A stretch of DNA of 64,000 nt, from NCBI GenBank assembly GCA_951406725.2, contig OX597825.1, positions 81,406,001-81,470,000 on the forward strand, given 5' to 3'. The stretch's first letter is position 1. Each line of letters begins with the position of its first letter. This DNA is from Octopus vulgaris (taxonomy: Eukaryota). The position numbers were made by a program, and so were the translations under genes. Positions 15,213-30,412 of the stretch are shown piece by piece. The notes below the pieces were generated by a model, which did no database searches, was not told where the DNA came from, and worked only from the letters and a program-made list of their open reading frames with translations.

Positions 15213-15266
15213 GAAATTTTACATGTTTCGGTTCTTCTTCAAAAAACGAACCTTATCAAAAAAATA
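15213..15266 (-). ncRNA. Minimal type I hammerhead ribozyme motif, U3-A8 variant
   Basis: Minus strand UUGAUAA-GGUUC-(13 nt)-GAACC-GAAA-CAU-GUA: 5-bp stem II, palindromic ACAUGU stem III, GUA site; stem I weak and AU-rich. Confidence 0.6.
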
Positions 15267-15318
15267 TTTTAAAAAGTTAAGTGTTATAAAAAAGTTCATA
15301 ATTGTTTCTTACTGGTCT

Positions 15319-16493
<1,175 letters not shown>

Positions 16494-17143
16494 ATATATA
16501 TATATATATATATATCGTAGTGCTATTAAGTTAGACATGACCTGGGCCCATACTAGCCGAAGCCTATCAAAGTTATCAAAGTTATACACACACACACACA
16601 CACACACACACATATTCATATGCTCGTGAAATTAATGTGCAAGGGGCTGAACTAGAGACGCGTCTGGGAATCCGAGAGGGGTCAGCACTGGAGAGATATG
16701 GCGCTTTTACATCTTTTTAACAGAAGAGAGAATTTTTGTTTCTCCACGATAACTACACTGAGTTTGCTTTTAAATGTTGAAATATGTCACTGAAATATTT
16801 TAACTAACTTGAAATTCGCTTATGGCTGAACACTGCTTGGCGCTGTTACTACTGTAATATATATGAATACATAAAATAATATACATAAAATATACATAAA
16901 ATGATATACATAAAATATACATAAAATGATATACATAAAAGAAAACGTTATACCAATTCCATATATTGCTTACTTAATCGTTTATTATGTCAACTAACAC
17001 CGAGGTATTCCTGAAGTAAATACACCTCAACTGCGGATGACACCAGGTAACACAAACTGTGCCAGTGCTTTACTTAACACATCAGTACAACAATTGACAT
17101 GTACTCATTTGTCCAAAATATTACATATATACATATATATTAC

Positions 17144-17176
<33 letters not shown>

Positions 17177-17456
17177 GTAACATAAATATACATGCATACA
17201 TATATATGTATTTATATACACATACATACATACATATATATAATATAAATAATATATATGTATATATGTATATATATATATATATAATGGAAATATGTTA
17301 CAAAAAGAAAATAGAAACTACACGTGGCAATGTAAGTGGAAAGTAAGAAAAATAGACGAAAATGCACATTGTAACTAAAAAAAGGCTTTCTATGCAAAGT
17401 AACGAAAGATATATACAATTAGATGAATTGAGGTAGAAATAAAAGCAATAAAAGTC

Positions 17457-17504
<48 letters not shown>

Positions 17505-17689
17505 CACACACACATATACGCATATATGGGTACAAGACGTCACAAACCGTAAACAACATGAAATGCGAAAATCTGTAAGTAATATGGAAAATGAAAACAA
17601 GAGCTGAATACATAAACAACGAGAGAAACAAATGGAAAACAGAACAAGTAACATACACTTCTTCATATCCTTGTCTAAATTATGGCAAT

Positions 17690-17940
17690 AGATGTGGGCA
17701 TGGTTCAATGTTTAGAAATTTGTCTCACAACCCCAAAACCGGGCGTTCGCTTTCACTGCCTGATGTTTTGTATAAACATAATAAAACGTAACTTCCGTTG
17801 TGTCGTCGAAGCCTTTTGAGGTATGATTCCAAGGACAGGTGTGATTCCAAGGACCAGTCGTGTTCTACAGGGTCACACCGATTCTGTCTGGGATTATATG
17901 TTAAGTTTGCACATGTCTGTCGAATACTCAACTACCTGTT
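17690..17940 (+). mobile_element. Highly degenerate SINE related to family B tail type 1
   Basis: accgggcgtt and tatgttaagtttgcacatgtctgtcgaatactca resemble 14846-14856 and 15039-15072. Confidence 0.5.
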
Positions 17941-18021
17941 CTAGGATTTAGTCATTCAATATTTCAGCTAATTAAACAACGTAAATAATTATTGACGAAG
18001 TTGCCTTTTTAGAGCTTATGC

Positions 18022-18072
<51 letters not shown>

Positions 18073-18079
<7 letters not shown>

Positions 18080-18367
18080 ATCACGTGACCGACCAGGCTA
18101 TCAGATATCGCTGCACATCGCTGGTCACAATGCAGTTCGCATTGTTTTAGCCTTCAAATCACGCTTCAAATGAGCAGGCCAACAGAAGAAAGAGTGAGAG
18201 AAAGTTGTGGTGAAAGAGTATAGCAGGGATCGTCACCACCCCGCCCTGCCGGAGCCTCGTGGAGCTTAGGGTGTTTTCGCTCAATAAACACTCAAAACGC
18301 CCGGTATGGGAATCGATCCTAAGACCACGAGTCCGCTGCCTTAACCACTGGGCCATTGCGCCTCCAC
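18073..18367 (-). mobile_element. SINE family B (tail type 2)
   Basis: tRNA-like head ggaggcgcaatggcccagtggttaaggcagcggactcg and shared body; tail ends (TCACGTGA)2. Confidence 0.88.
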
Positions 18368-18368
18368 G

Positions 18369-18404
<36 letters not shown>

Positions 18405-18658
18405 ATGTGTGTGTGTGTATTTGTGTATGTGTGTATGTGTGTGCATGTGTGTGTGTATTTGTGCATGTGTGTGTGTATGTGTGTGTGTATGTGTGTGTGT
18501 GCATGTGTGTGTACGTAGTGTATGATGAGTGTATATGGAAGTGCAGGGTTTCGTTCCACTGTGTGTGAACCTTGTCTAAGTTTCTCCTCCCTGAGCTTCG
18601 AGTTTACCAAAGACTTATGAGTAAATATTTGGCAGACGGAAACTGAAAGAAGCCCATC

Positions 18659-18729
<71 letters not shown>

Positions 18730-18741
18730 ATATATATATAT

Positions 18742-19061
18742 AAAGGAAATGAAGAAAATGCTGACAAAATAATTTAAGTAAGGGAGAGTGTATTTAATTA
18801 GGTGAAAGTTCTTTTTACCGGTTGCGCATTTTTATACTTATCAAAAGATATTTTTTAAGAGAGATAGAGTTCCTTTCTGATAGATTTTTTTCTCTTATCA
18901 GATAAGAGAAAAAAATCTATCAGAAAGGAACTCTATCTCTCTTAAAAAAAATATCTTTTGATAAGTATAACAAATGCGCAACCGGTAAAAGGAACTTTCA
19001 CCTAATTAAATACACTCTCCCTTACTTAAATTATTTTGTCAGCATTTTCTTCATTTTCTTT
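18742..19061. mobile_element. Near-perfect fold-back (about 160-bp arms, 1-nt spacer at 18900) of a Penelope-like pseudo-LTR
   Basis: Arms are reverse complements; each carries UUGAUAA-GUAU-loop-AUGC-GCAA-CCG-GUA; embedded in TA repeats. Confidence 0.75.
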
Positions 19062-19093
19062 TTTATATATCACAACTCGTGTTCCACATCTCC

Positions 19094-19150
<57 letters not shown>

Positions 19151-20013
19151 GTGTGTGTGTGTGCATGCATGTGCGTATGTATGTATTTTGTTTATGTATG
19201 TGTGTACGGATGTATAAATGCTTGTATGAAGACATGTATATATATATATATATATATATATAACATATATATATTTATAAATGTGTATATATATATATAA
19301 CATTATATATGTGCGGGTGTTTGTGCACGTGCTTGTGTATATGTATGTATGCGCCTCTATGTATGTGTACATATATATGTATAGATGCATGCGTTCATGT
19401 ATGTGTATTTGAAAAAACGTATGTATATGCATGAATGTACATATGTGTATATACGCATGTACTTAGATTGCATGCATGAGTATATGCATGTATGTATGTA
19501 CGTATGTATGTATGAGTGTGTGTATGTATATATGTATGTGTGTGTGTTGTGTGTGTGTGTATGTATGTATAATGTGTTGGAGCATCTCAGGCAACATAGT
19601 AGGAAGACTGAGTAACGCTGTTAATAGGAAGGTTAAAATGGAAATGGAAAATGGTGAAATAAAATAAAATGAATTAAAAGGAAACGAGATAGATTGAGGT
19701 GTGGGGAGGTTTAATTTTCGTGATAGGTTTGGGGATATAAAAGTTTTAAAAGGTCATAGATGTAAGAGACTGAGGATGTATAAAAGGGTTTATGGATGTG
19801 GAAGGAGATATGAGAGTAGACAGGGAGATGAATAGGTAAGCAGACAGACAAACAGAAGGTTAGGTTGGTAGGTTGGTAGATAGACATATAGATAGATAAG
19901 ATAGATATGATAATCATATAAGATAAGTAGATAAATGGACACAGACAGACTGACAGATACAGAGATAAATAGAAAGAAAATAGATAGATAGAAAGACAGA
20001 CAGACAGAAAGAC

Positions 20014-20064
<51 letters not shown>

Positions 20065-20128
20065 CACAGTCACACTGAGAGAGAGAGAGGGGGAGAGAGA
20101 GAAATAGAAAGGAAGATAGAAAGACTGA

Positions 20129-20238
<110 letters not shown>

Positions 20239-20993
20239 TATATATATATAGAGAGAGGGGGGTGAAAGAGTTTAACTTACATGTGGCGTGTGAGCGAGAT
20301 GGCTACATGTATATATATGTACTTATGTATGTATGTATGTATGCATGTGTGCGTGTATGTATGTATATACGTGTGTGTGTGTGAGTATGGATGAATGGAT
20401 GGATGGATCGCTGAACGTATGTCTCTCTGAGTGTGTCCGCGTGTATCACAGTACCACATGTGAAATGTAAGCTTGTCTGTTTGTATTCTGAATCTGTTGC
20501 TGTTAGAGATCCTTTTATCCTTTAATGTATATCCATGCAAATTGGTCCCACTTGGATTTAATGCCATGTTACAACCTGTTGGAGTTTAACGACCTGTTAT
20601 TAATTGAGCTTTTAATTACCATGGATCTGTTTTTTTATGTTTACACTTCAACTCTTTATGCGCGCGCGAGCACACACACACACACACACATATACATGTA
20701 TACAGAAACAGGCGCTCACACATTCAAATGCCTTTGTTCGAATCGATGGAGTCTCCCAGATTTCGTCTCTAAGTTCTCTGTTTCCAATTTCTGTGGCGCT
20801 AAAATATTTGTCATGTTTGAAAATACGCATAAGATCGTCAGCAACAACACGTTGCTATTGTTAAACATATAGGGGACTTCAGGAATATTTCATAAATGAT
20901 ATGCTGTAATATGTTGTAAGATCTAGATCCCGTCCCTCTCAATTTTTATCATGCAAGGCAATGCTGGAGTACTTTACACTTGTAATTAATATG

Positions 20994-21555
20994 TACAAGG
21001 GTGAGTCAAAAAGTAATGCCATTTTGTTTAGGACAGGTGTAATTACCACCACAGGAACATGTATCATACATCAAAATGAAGCTGGTCCTCTGTGGATCAC
21101 ATCCCTACTCCTCAACATAGTCATTGTTTCTCTCAATAGCAATGTTCCACCTTCGAATGAGAGCGTGTACTCCTGCCCCGTAAAATTATGTTGACTGTTC
21201 TTTGAGCCACTTCTTCACTACAGTTTTCACTTCCTCGTCACTGGAATAATGTTTGCCTCTCAGACCTTCTTTCATAGGGCCGAAGAGATGATAGTCCAGT
21301 GATGATGATAGTCTAATGACGAAGAAGTGAAAACTGTAGTGTAGAAGCGGCTCAAAGAACAACCAACAGAATTTTACGGGGCAGGGATACATACTCTCAT
21401 TCGAAGGTGGAACATTGCTATTGAGAGAAACGGTGACTATGTTGAGAAGTAGGGATGTGATCCAAAGAGGACCAGCTTCATTTTGATGTATGATACGTGT
21501 TGGTAATTATACCTGTCCTAAATAAAATGGCATTACTTTTTGACTCATCCTCGTA
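20994..21555. mobile_element. Mariner-derived fold-back MITE (two inverted 3' ends)
   Basis: TA-CAAGGGTGAGTCAAAAAGTAATGCC ... GGCATTACTTTTTGACTCATCCTCG-TA; arms encode mariner C-terminus DYHLFGPMKEGLRGKHYSSDEEVK...RWNIAIERNGDYVEK*. Confidence 0.93.
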
Positions 21556-22341
21556 CTTCAAACACCCTAAAATACTTGACATTTGTTTTATCTTCTACGA
21601 TTTCCTCGTCGAAATCATGAACCAAGGGAGAAATCCAAGGGACGACAGCATTCTAAAGTCGATTTAAAAAAATGTACCAGTCTAGGTTATACGATTGGAG
21701 AATTACTGAAAGTTTAGAGAGGGCACCTTCGGTTACCTCTTCAGGTATTTTGGCAACGTCTGCAAGGATACGAATATCAGCTTTACTAGCCCTTACTTCT
21801 GCCTTGAAAATATTAGTGATGCAGAGATGGGGACATTTTCATACATGGACAATTGCAAGCCTTCAGTAAAGATTAAGATCTTATTTAGATCTACCCCCTG
21901 GAACCAAACTTTCCAGGTGTAGATCCGAGTTGTCACGTGACATATGGGATCCCCACACCCCAATATGAAGTACAACATTCTTCTACTTTCTTTCATTATG
22001 ACTGTAAGGTGGGATTTGAGGGAAATTTAGTTGTCATTCCTAATTAGCCAAGTGATAATGTTGGTGTTCCGCTTGGGTGGTAGACGTAACCTCTTACATC
22101 ATTTAAGATCCAGACTCGGATCCTTTACAAGGATTCACGCTAGGTGTTTGGTCGGGAGATATCTTCAAGTGCTCTTCGCATCAGTCTTGAAAGCCCTAAA
22201 AAAACAAATAAACGACTGCTACAAATTTCACTCTCAAAGCTCTGTTCGCCCAGCGGCTGTTCTATTAAACATTTACCCATGGTGCCACGCAGTGGGACTG
22301 AACTCCAAACCACGCAGCTGAAGAACTATACAATACGATTG

Positions 22342-22535
22342 TACAGTTCTATATTTAAGAGATGAGGAATTATGTACATTATTTACATTATTTACATTTG
22401 ATGGTGCCCTCATCTTTGTTGTTAACACAACGTTTCGGCTGGTGAAGGCTGGAGGGTATATCAGGGCGAAACGTTGTGTTAGCAACAACCAAGATGAGGA
22501 CACCGTCAAATGTAAATAATATAAATAATGTAAAT
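22342..22535. mobile_element. Fold-back Penelope-like pseudo-LTR with hammerhead at the junction
   Basis: Inverted arms of about 65 bp; right arm starts CTGGTGA-A-GGCTG...CAGGGC-GAAACGTT; left arm is the reverse complement from CAGCCGAAACGTT. Confidence 0.7.
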
Positions 22536-23114
22536 GATGTAGAAATACGATTGTTTAAATCTTTTCATGTTACAAACGATTAATGTAAAACTCTTTGGTA
22601 GCATCTTGTTGTCCAAGAATTTGGACCTGGAGATCTCCATTTCCAGTGACTTCAAGGGCCACCTCCCAGTGGTGACGGGCGTCAACGAAGAGCCCTCGAC
22701 TACAACGAGACGACTAAAGTTTTTTTCCCACGGTCTGGGGTCTCCCGCCCCTAAGCCCTAGACCATCACCTAATCACCCTTACCCATCTTGTTGCTTAAC
22801 AACAACAACAACAACAACAGCACCTTGGCTCAATATTTCAGGTCAGAAAATGTATATTATATAAATACTGATTCCTTCTTCAGATATCTTCCCAAGTTAT
22901 TTGTTCCGGCTTTTTATGGTTTAAGTTCAAGCCTTGTCGAGGTCAGTTTTGTTTTTCCTCCTTCTGGTATCGATAAAATGAAACGAAATTCCAGTGAAAC
23001 ACTCAATGTGGCAGTTCTCCAAATTTCTTAGTAACTCACCCCTAAAAAACCTCACAATAGATTCCACAAATAGAACATAATATTCATTCAAACAAAGACG
23101 GAAACACGTTATGA

Positions 23115-23512
23115 ATGTTGTTGCTGCTGTTGCTGTTGAGCGAAGCGGCCTTCGTCTTCGCAAGATTGCGCCTCTGTAGTGGGAGAAGTCCGAAACGTGG
23201 TGCTTTGCTATACGTAAGACCCGCAGAAGAGAAAGCAGGTCAACCCCCGACACCGAGAGCATCGACGGATGGATGAATCCGCATCCAGGCTCAGCGGTTG
23301 CGTAGGAAGTCGGGGATAAGAAACAGGAAGAAAGAGTGAGAGAAAGTTGGAGCGAAAGAGTACAACAGGGGTCGCCACCAGCCCCTGCCGGAGCCTCATG
23401 AAGCTTTAGGTGTCTTCGCTCAATAAACACACACAACGCCCGGTCTGGGAATCGAAACCGTGATCCTTCGACCGCGAGTCCGCTGCCCTAACCATTGGGC
23501 CATTGCGCTTCC
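23115..23512 (-). mobile_element. SINE family B, full length (tail type 3)
   Basis: A box (tggcccaatgg), B box (ggtttcgattcc), shared body, distinct tail ending cgctcaacagcaacagcagcaacaac. Confidence 0.9.
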
Positions 23513-23544
23513 TGTTGTTGCTATTATTATTACTTTTATTGCTA

Positions 23545-23950
23545 AAGTGGCGAGCTGACAGAATCGTTAGCGCATCGGACAGAATTCTTAACAATCCTTT
23601 TTACTTTCTTTGTTCCAATTTTGCAAATCCCTTTCGGAATCGATAACATAAAGTACCAGTCAGGTACTGGGGTCGATGTAATCAACGTGCTCCCTTCTCA
23701 TCAAAGTTTCTGGCTTCCTACGAAAATTTGAAACCATTATCATAATTATTATTATTGGCAGAATCGTTTGCACGCCAGGCGAAATGCTTCGTCTTTACGA
23801 TTGGAGTTCAAATTCTTCCGAGGTTGACTTTACTTTTCATCCTTTCAAAGTCGATAAAAGAAGTACCAGTTGAACACTGGGGACGATGTAATCGTCTTAC
23901 CCCACCCACCCAAACTTGCTGGCATTGTGCTAAAATGTGGACCCATTAAT
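23545..23950 (+). mobile_element. Two tandem degenerate SINE family C copies
   Basis: ggcgagctgacagaatcgttagc at 23549 and tggcagaatcgtttgcacgcc at 23756, each followed by the tcgata...agtaccagt...ctgggg module. Confidence 0.8.
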
Positions 23951-24282
23951 AACAAACCGGGACATTCTTCCTTACTTCAGAGAAATTTCGATATTTTCCA
24001 AGAGTCTAATTCGTAACTGAAGATCTTTCATATCGCTGACTGACTGACTGACTGCACGTGAAAAGGCTGGGGGAGGGGGAGGGCTGGGTGATCGAGAAGC
24101 AACGCTGTAATATATCAATAGCTGCAACCAAAAAGACCATTAATAAGCCTGTTCACTTCCAGCTGTTCCCTCCCTGGGACCAGAAACAAATCCACCATGA
24201 AGTGTGGAATTACAAGCAAGTACCTGTTGCTAGCAAATCTAACAAAACCGACGAGAAATGTAATATTAACATGTTTCAATAC

Positions 24283-24316
<34 letters not shown>

Positions 24317-24509
24317 TGTAGTAGAAGGAGTAAGAAGTGGAGGAGGAGGAGGAGGAAGAAGAAGAGGAGGAGGAGAAGGACAACGACGACGACGATGACG
24401 GTGAGGAAGAGGAGAGGAATGAAGCGGAAGAGGAGAAGAGGGGAGGATCAGTAACGAACAGGTTTCCAATTAATGCAAGACGCCGCCGCACTGAATGCAC
24501 TCATGAATG

Positions 24510-24585
<76 letters not shown>

Positions 24586-25389
24586 TAATAATAATAATAA
24601 TGTTAGGAACGGACGGATATAAAGTGATTATAAGATAATGAAATGAAATTGAAAGTGAATGGTATCGGGTCTATATATTATTTATGGTGACATCAACGGA
24701 CAATAGCGTTTCTGGACAAATGTTTATTAATTGGTTGTTTATGTAAATGGCTACATCCAACTACAATAGCCCGACCGACAACACAATAATCAATCTAAGC
24801 ACACGATATCTGTATTGATAATCTACCTCTATAGCCTTCCTACTGTACCCTTACCATCACCGTCACGTACCACCGACACTACTACCATCACCGCAATATT
24901 TACATAGTAATTCGTCAAAGCAAACATCATCTTACTAACGAAACAAAATGGCAGATAAATTGCAAACGATCTCATCCGCCATCATTGAATGAATAACAAT
25001 GTCGGTGTTTTAGCGATGAAGTTAAGCTCCGTTGTCAGAAACCGCCTTGCAAATTGAAAGCAAAACCACCAGTCCTGGTCAAATGGCGTGTATGCAAATG
25101 AGATCCGAGTCATTGGTATGAAGAAAGGAAATAATATCAATCAATGATAGATATAGAGAGAATATAAATCATACAAAAATATCGGTTTTGTTTTTGTTGT
25201 TAGCGCTACTGTTGTTGTTGTTGTTATTGCTGTCGTTGTTGTTGTTGTTGTTGTAGTTTAGTTTCTTCTGATATCTTTGGAGAATTATGCTACGCAATCT
25301 ATGTAATTTTCTATCCTAATTTTTCAGAGATGTATGTATGTATGTATGAATAATGTGTCTATATATAAACACATACATACACAGACACA

Positions 25390-25482
<93 letters not shown>

Positions 25483-25739
25483 GTATGTATGTATGTATGT
25501 ATATACATGTATATATTTGTTTTTACATATGTGTAACTTATATGTATATATGCGTGTATGTGTATATATACGTGTGTAAATGTATGTAAAATACACATAT
25601 ATGCAATATACATATACCGATATATTATTCATTTCTGTGCGTGCGTGTATATATATATATATATATACATGTATGTGTGTGTATATATATATATATGTGT
25701 GTGTGTATATATATATATGTGTGTATATATATATATATG

Positions 25740-25773
<34 letters not shown>

Positions 25774-26029
25774 TGTATGTATGTATATATATATATATAT
25801 ATACATATATTTTATATACATACGCAGACATATAAGTGTATGTGTATGTGTGTGTATCGAATGTATAGTCTATGAATAACCCGGATGTCCTTACTCATAT
25901 ATCTTAAGATGTTAGAAAGTTACAAAACCGATCTATTTCGTGTCTTCTAAGTCAGAACGTGACATCTTAGATCTGAAATCGTTCAGATTCTCGAAAGTAG
26001 TTTGTCCTTCTCTGTTATCTTTTGAGCTT

Positions 26030-26294
26030 TTATTCTGTTACTAGTTTCAGTCATAAGAGTGCGGCCATGCTGGAGCACCGCCTTCAAGGACTTTCGATCG
26101 AACGAATCGACTCTGGTGCTTATTATTTTTGTACTTATTCCTAGTGTTTATTCTGTCGGTTTCTTTTGCTGAAGCGCTATGCTACGGGGACTTAAGCATG
26201 TTAACACTGGTTATCAAACCGTGGTGGTCATATGGGAGGGGAGGGGCAAACACAGGTACAAAGACACACATACATACAGATATATACATATACA

Positions 26295-26362
<68 letters not shown>

Positions 26363-26372
26363 CATACATACT

Positions 26373-26428
<56 letters not shown>

Positions 26429-26693
26429 TATATATACACAGATGCATGGAGTAGCTATGCGGTAAAAGGTTTTCTTCCCAGCCACAACGCTTTGGGTTCA
26501 GTTCCACTGCGTGGCACCTTTTGCAGATGTCTTTTAGTCTAGTCACGGACTGACCAAAGCTTTGTGGGTGGATTTCGTAGACGGAAGCTGAAAGGAGCTC
26601 CTCATACACACGCACACACACATATATACATGTGTGTGTGTGTGAGTGAGTTAAATTATAAGATACAAAAAGAAAATTACTCTCCCCAGACAT

Positions 26694-26745
<52 letters not shown>

Positions 26746-26960
26746 GTGTGTATATATATATGTATGTATGTATATGTATATGTGTATATATATATACATA
26801 CATATACACACGCACAGCTGTACACACACACACATATATATGCGACGGGCTTCTTTCAGTTCCCGTCTACCAAATCCACTCACAAGGCTTTGGTCAGCCC
26901 GAAGCTGTAGAAGACACCTCCCCAAGGGACTGAACCCGGGACCAAGTGATTAGGAAACAT
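26030..26960. mobile_element. SINE family A pieces: minus tail 26030-26270, plus head 26440-26600, minus head 26840-26960
   Basis: Matches to 28870-29270 on both strands. Confidence 0.78.
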
Positions 26961-27279
26961 CTATTTTATAGAAAGACCACTTGATTGTGAGCCCATCTGT
27001 CAACTAGTTGTGTACCCAGAGGTATTAGTAGGGTCACAACTCGAATGCATTTAGTCCTAGATATAGCGGATGAAAGCAATGAGATATGTTTAGCAGCCTC
27101 CCGGAAGTGAGTACGTGGGAGCACGGCGATTAATATTGCTGATTGTTTTAGGTTCCTGTGTAATTGCGAGCAGATGCAGACACTTTCTCGGCTCTCTCGC
27201 CCCTGAGCCAGAGGTACATCACGGATAGTGACAGCTGCAGGAGAGTAAAAGCGACAGAGCGTTGCGCCAGCACGAGGTT

Positions 27280-27417
27280 GGTCCGTATCTACAACCGAGT
27301 GGATTAGAGCAAAAGTGAAAGGAACTGTCCTGCTCAAGGACGCAAAGCCGAGGATACGAAACCGCCATCAAATGATTACGAGCCATACACGATAACCATT
27401 AGGCTACGCGCCATCAA
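27280..27417 (-). mobile_element. Degenerate tRNA-derived SINE head
   Basis: Minus strand ggcgcgtagcctaatggtta...ggtttcgtatcc...gtccttgagcaggac. Confidence 0.6.
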
Positions 27418-27780
27418 ATTACAACAACCACAGCCCTTTATACTATTTATTACACAACCCAAAGTGTAAGCCTTTATGCAGCCAACTGACCGGCTAGAAA
27501 TCACACCGAAATTGTCCTCATATTGTCCTCATGTTGACAAAAAGAAGTATTAGATAATATGGTTCTATACGGGATGGGTATGGTTGGAACACCTTTGATG
27601 ATCATAAGTTTACTGGCCCCGGGCGAAACATCAACTATGTTAGCTCATTAAACCGTGTACAACACAGCTCAAAGTGTAAGTCTTTATGCGGTCAGCTGAC
27701 TGGCTAGAAATAACAGCGAAATTTCATTAATATCACATTGTTTTCTGCTGACAAAGAGAAGAGCTAAATAACAATAGCAA

Positions 27781-27883
<103 letters not shown>

Positions 27884-28426
27884 CGTACATCGCGATGTAT
27901 ATGCCGTATGTCAACCAAGCACAATATCATGATTCACCACCACACGGCACCCAGCAAATACCCACCCACTGTATGACACCATACGCACCCTACTTTTCAT
28001 ATCGCACTTTCAAGGTACCCTGTACTTGTGAATGAGTGCGTGGGTGCGTGTGTCTGTGTGTGTGTGTTAGAAATATTATGATGGAGAGGGAGTTAGGTGG
28101 AGGGTTTGGGGGGGGGGGAACGGAGTCATTGAATTACTCCGCACTTCTCTGTTTACATGGCGCAGTTCTGGCGTGACCGTCACTATGGCAACAATAAGTT
28201 GTCAGCTGGGGTGGAGGAGGGGAAGACATTGAAGAAGAGAGAGGAAGAAAACGAAGTGTACTGACCACACACACATACACACACAAACAAACCAACATAC
28301 GCACACACTATATATATATACATACATATATAAATGTATGTATATATATATATACATATATATATATATGTATCTACACACACACACACACACACATACA
28401 CATATATATATATATACATATATATG

Positions 28427-28459
<33 letters not shown>

Positions 28460-28742
28460 GTACATATATATATACATACATATATATGTATATAAATTTA
28501 TATTTGCATGTATATGTTTTTCACACATAGATTTATATGAATATTTACACACAGACATATATACAGTGGATATGCAGGAAGAGAGCAAGCGAAGGAGGGA
28601 GAGAGTGAGAGAGAGAGAGAGAGGGGGAGGGAGAGAGCGGGCTAGAGAGCACTTTATGGATGAATAGAAGGATGGGTAGATAGATAAATATATGTATGCA
28701 TATCTATCTATCTATCTATGTATCTATATCTACACACAGACA

Positions 28743-28794
<52 letters not shown>

Positions 28795-28797
28795 CAA

Positions 28798-28869
<72 letters not shown>

Positions 28870-29270
28870 GCGCGGAGTGGCTGTGTGGTAAGTAGCTTGC
28901 TTACCAACCACATGGTTCCGGGTTCAGTCCCACTGCGTGGCATCTTGGGCAAGTGTCTTCTGCTATAGCCTCGGGCCGACCAATGCCTTGTGAGTGGATT
29001 TGGTAGACGGAAACTGAAAGAAGCCTGTCGGATATATGTATATATATGTATGAGTGTGTATGTTTGTGTGACTGTGTTTGTCCCCCTAGCATTGCTTGAC
29101 AACCGATGCTGGTGTGTTTATGTCCCCGTCACTTAGCGGTTCGGCAAAAAGTGACCGATGGAATAAATACTGGGCTTACAAAAAAAAAAGTCCGGGGTTC
29201 GAGTTGCTCGATTAAAGGCGGTGCTCCAGCATAGCCGCAGTCAAATGACTGAAACAAGTAAAAGAGAAAA
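28870..29270 (+). mobile_element. SINE family A, full length
   Basis: tRNA-like head ggagtggctgtgtggtaag...ggttcagtccca, cttgggcaagtgtctt, internal TA/TG repeat, tail ...tgactgaaacaagtaaaaga. Confidence 0.93.
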
Positions 29271-29375
29271 ATTATATATATATATATATATTTAAGGGAA
29301 AGAGAGAGAAATAGAGAGAGGGTGAGGGAGAAAGAGTGAGAAACGGGTAGCTAGATAAATAGAGATAGATAGATA

Positions 29376-29446
<71 letters not shown>

Positions 29447-30412
29447 CATGAAAGTAATGTCACGAAATGCAACTGACATAGAAAAGTGATGAGGGACATT
29501 GGTGGATGTGACGTCGTCGTTGATTGATGCTGATGGCCACCACTGCTGAGGTCTTTGGCAGTACTCTTGATGTTGGTGACTGCTCTTGATGGCAGTTTTG
29601 TTATTGCTGTTGTTATTAGTGCTTCTGGTTGTATTAGCGAAGTGAGTGGTGATGGAGGTAGTGGTGGTGGTGGCGGTGATTGTGGTGGCGGCGATGGTGG
29701 CGGTGATGGTGGTGGTGGTATTTTTGAATGGCGGTAGATTTGTCGTTATTGTTATTTTTTGTCTAATGCCAATGTGCTGATGGAAGTTCGGCATTGGTGA
29801 GGACGGCAATGATGATGACGATGATCATGGTGATGTTGCTGATGCTGATGATGACATGATTCCGATTTAGCTCCTAGCAGCTCATTCTTCGGCGACCACC
29901 CCTACCGAGGGAGAATAGACTTTAAACCAAAACAGCGAGAACAGTCTACAGATCCGTTTTTATACATACACACACATACACACACACAACATAAATACAC
30001 ACACATACACATATACGCACATACACACACAACATACATACACACACATACACACATATACACAATACACACACACAACATACACACACACACATACACA
30101 CATACGCACACATATAGACACACACATACACACACATACACACATATACACACAGAGACACACATACACACACACATACACACACAACATACATATACAC
30201 ATATAAACTCACATTCAAACACTCATGTGAACGTGTATGTAAGAACATGTATATACTCTGATCATTTAGCTTCACACTTTGCCTTAGTTCGACGCTTTTG
30301 TGATTGTAGCATTCCCATGCCTGTCTACAAGATGTTTCTTGTCTACTTTTCCAACAGGAAACCAATGGTCCCATCAAACCATCTGCTGCTATCCCCAAAG
30401 ATGTTGCCAAAC

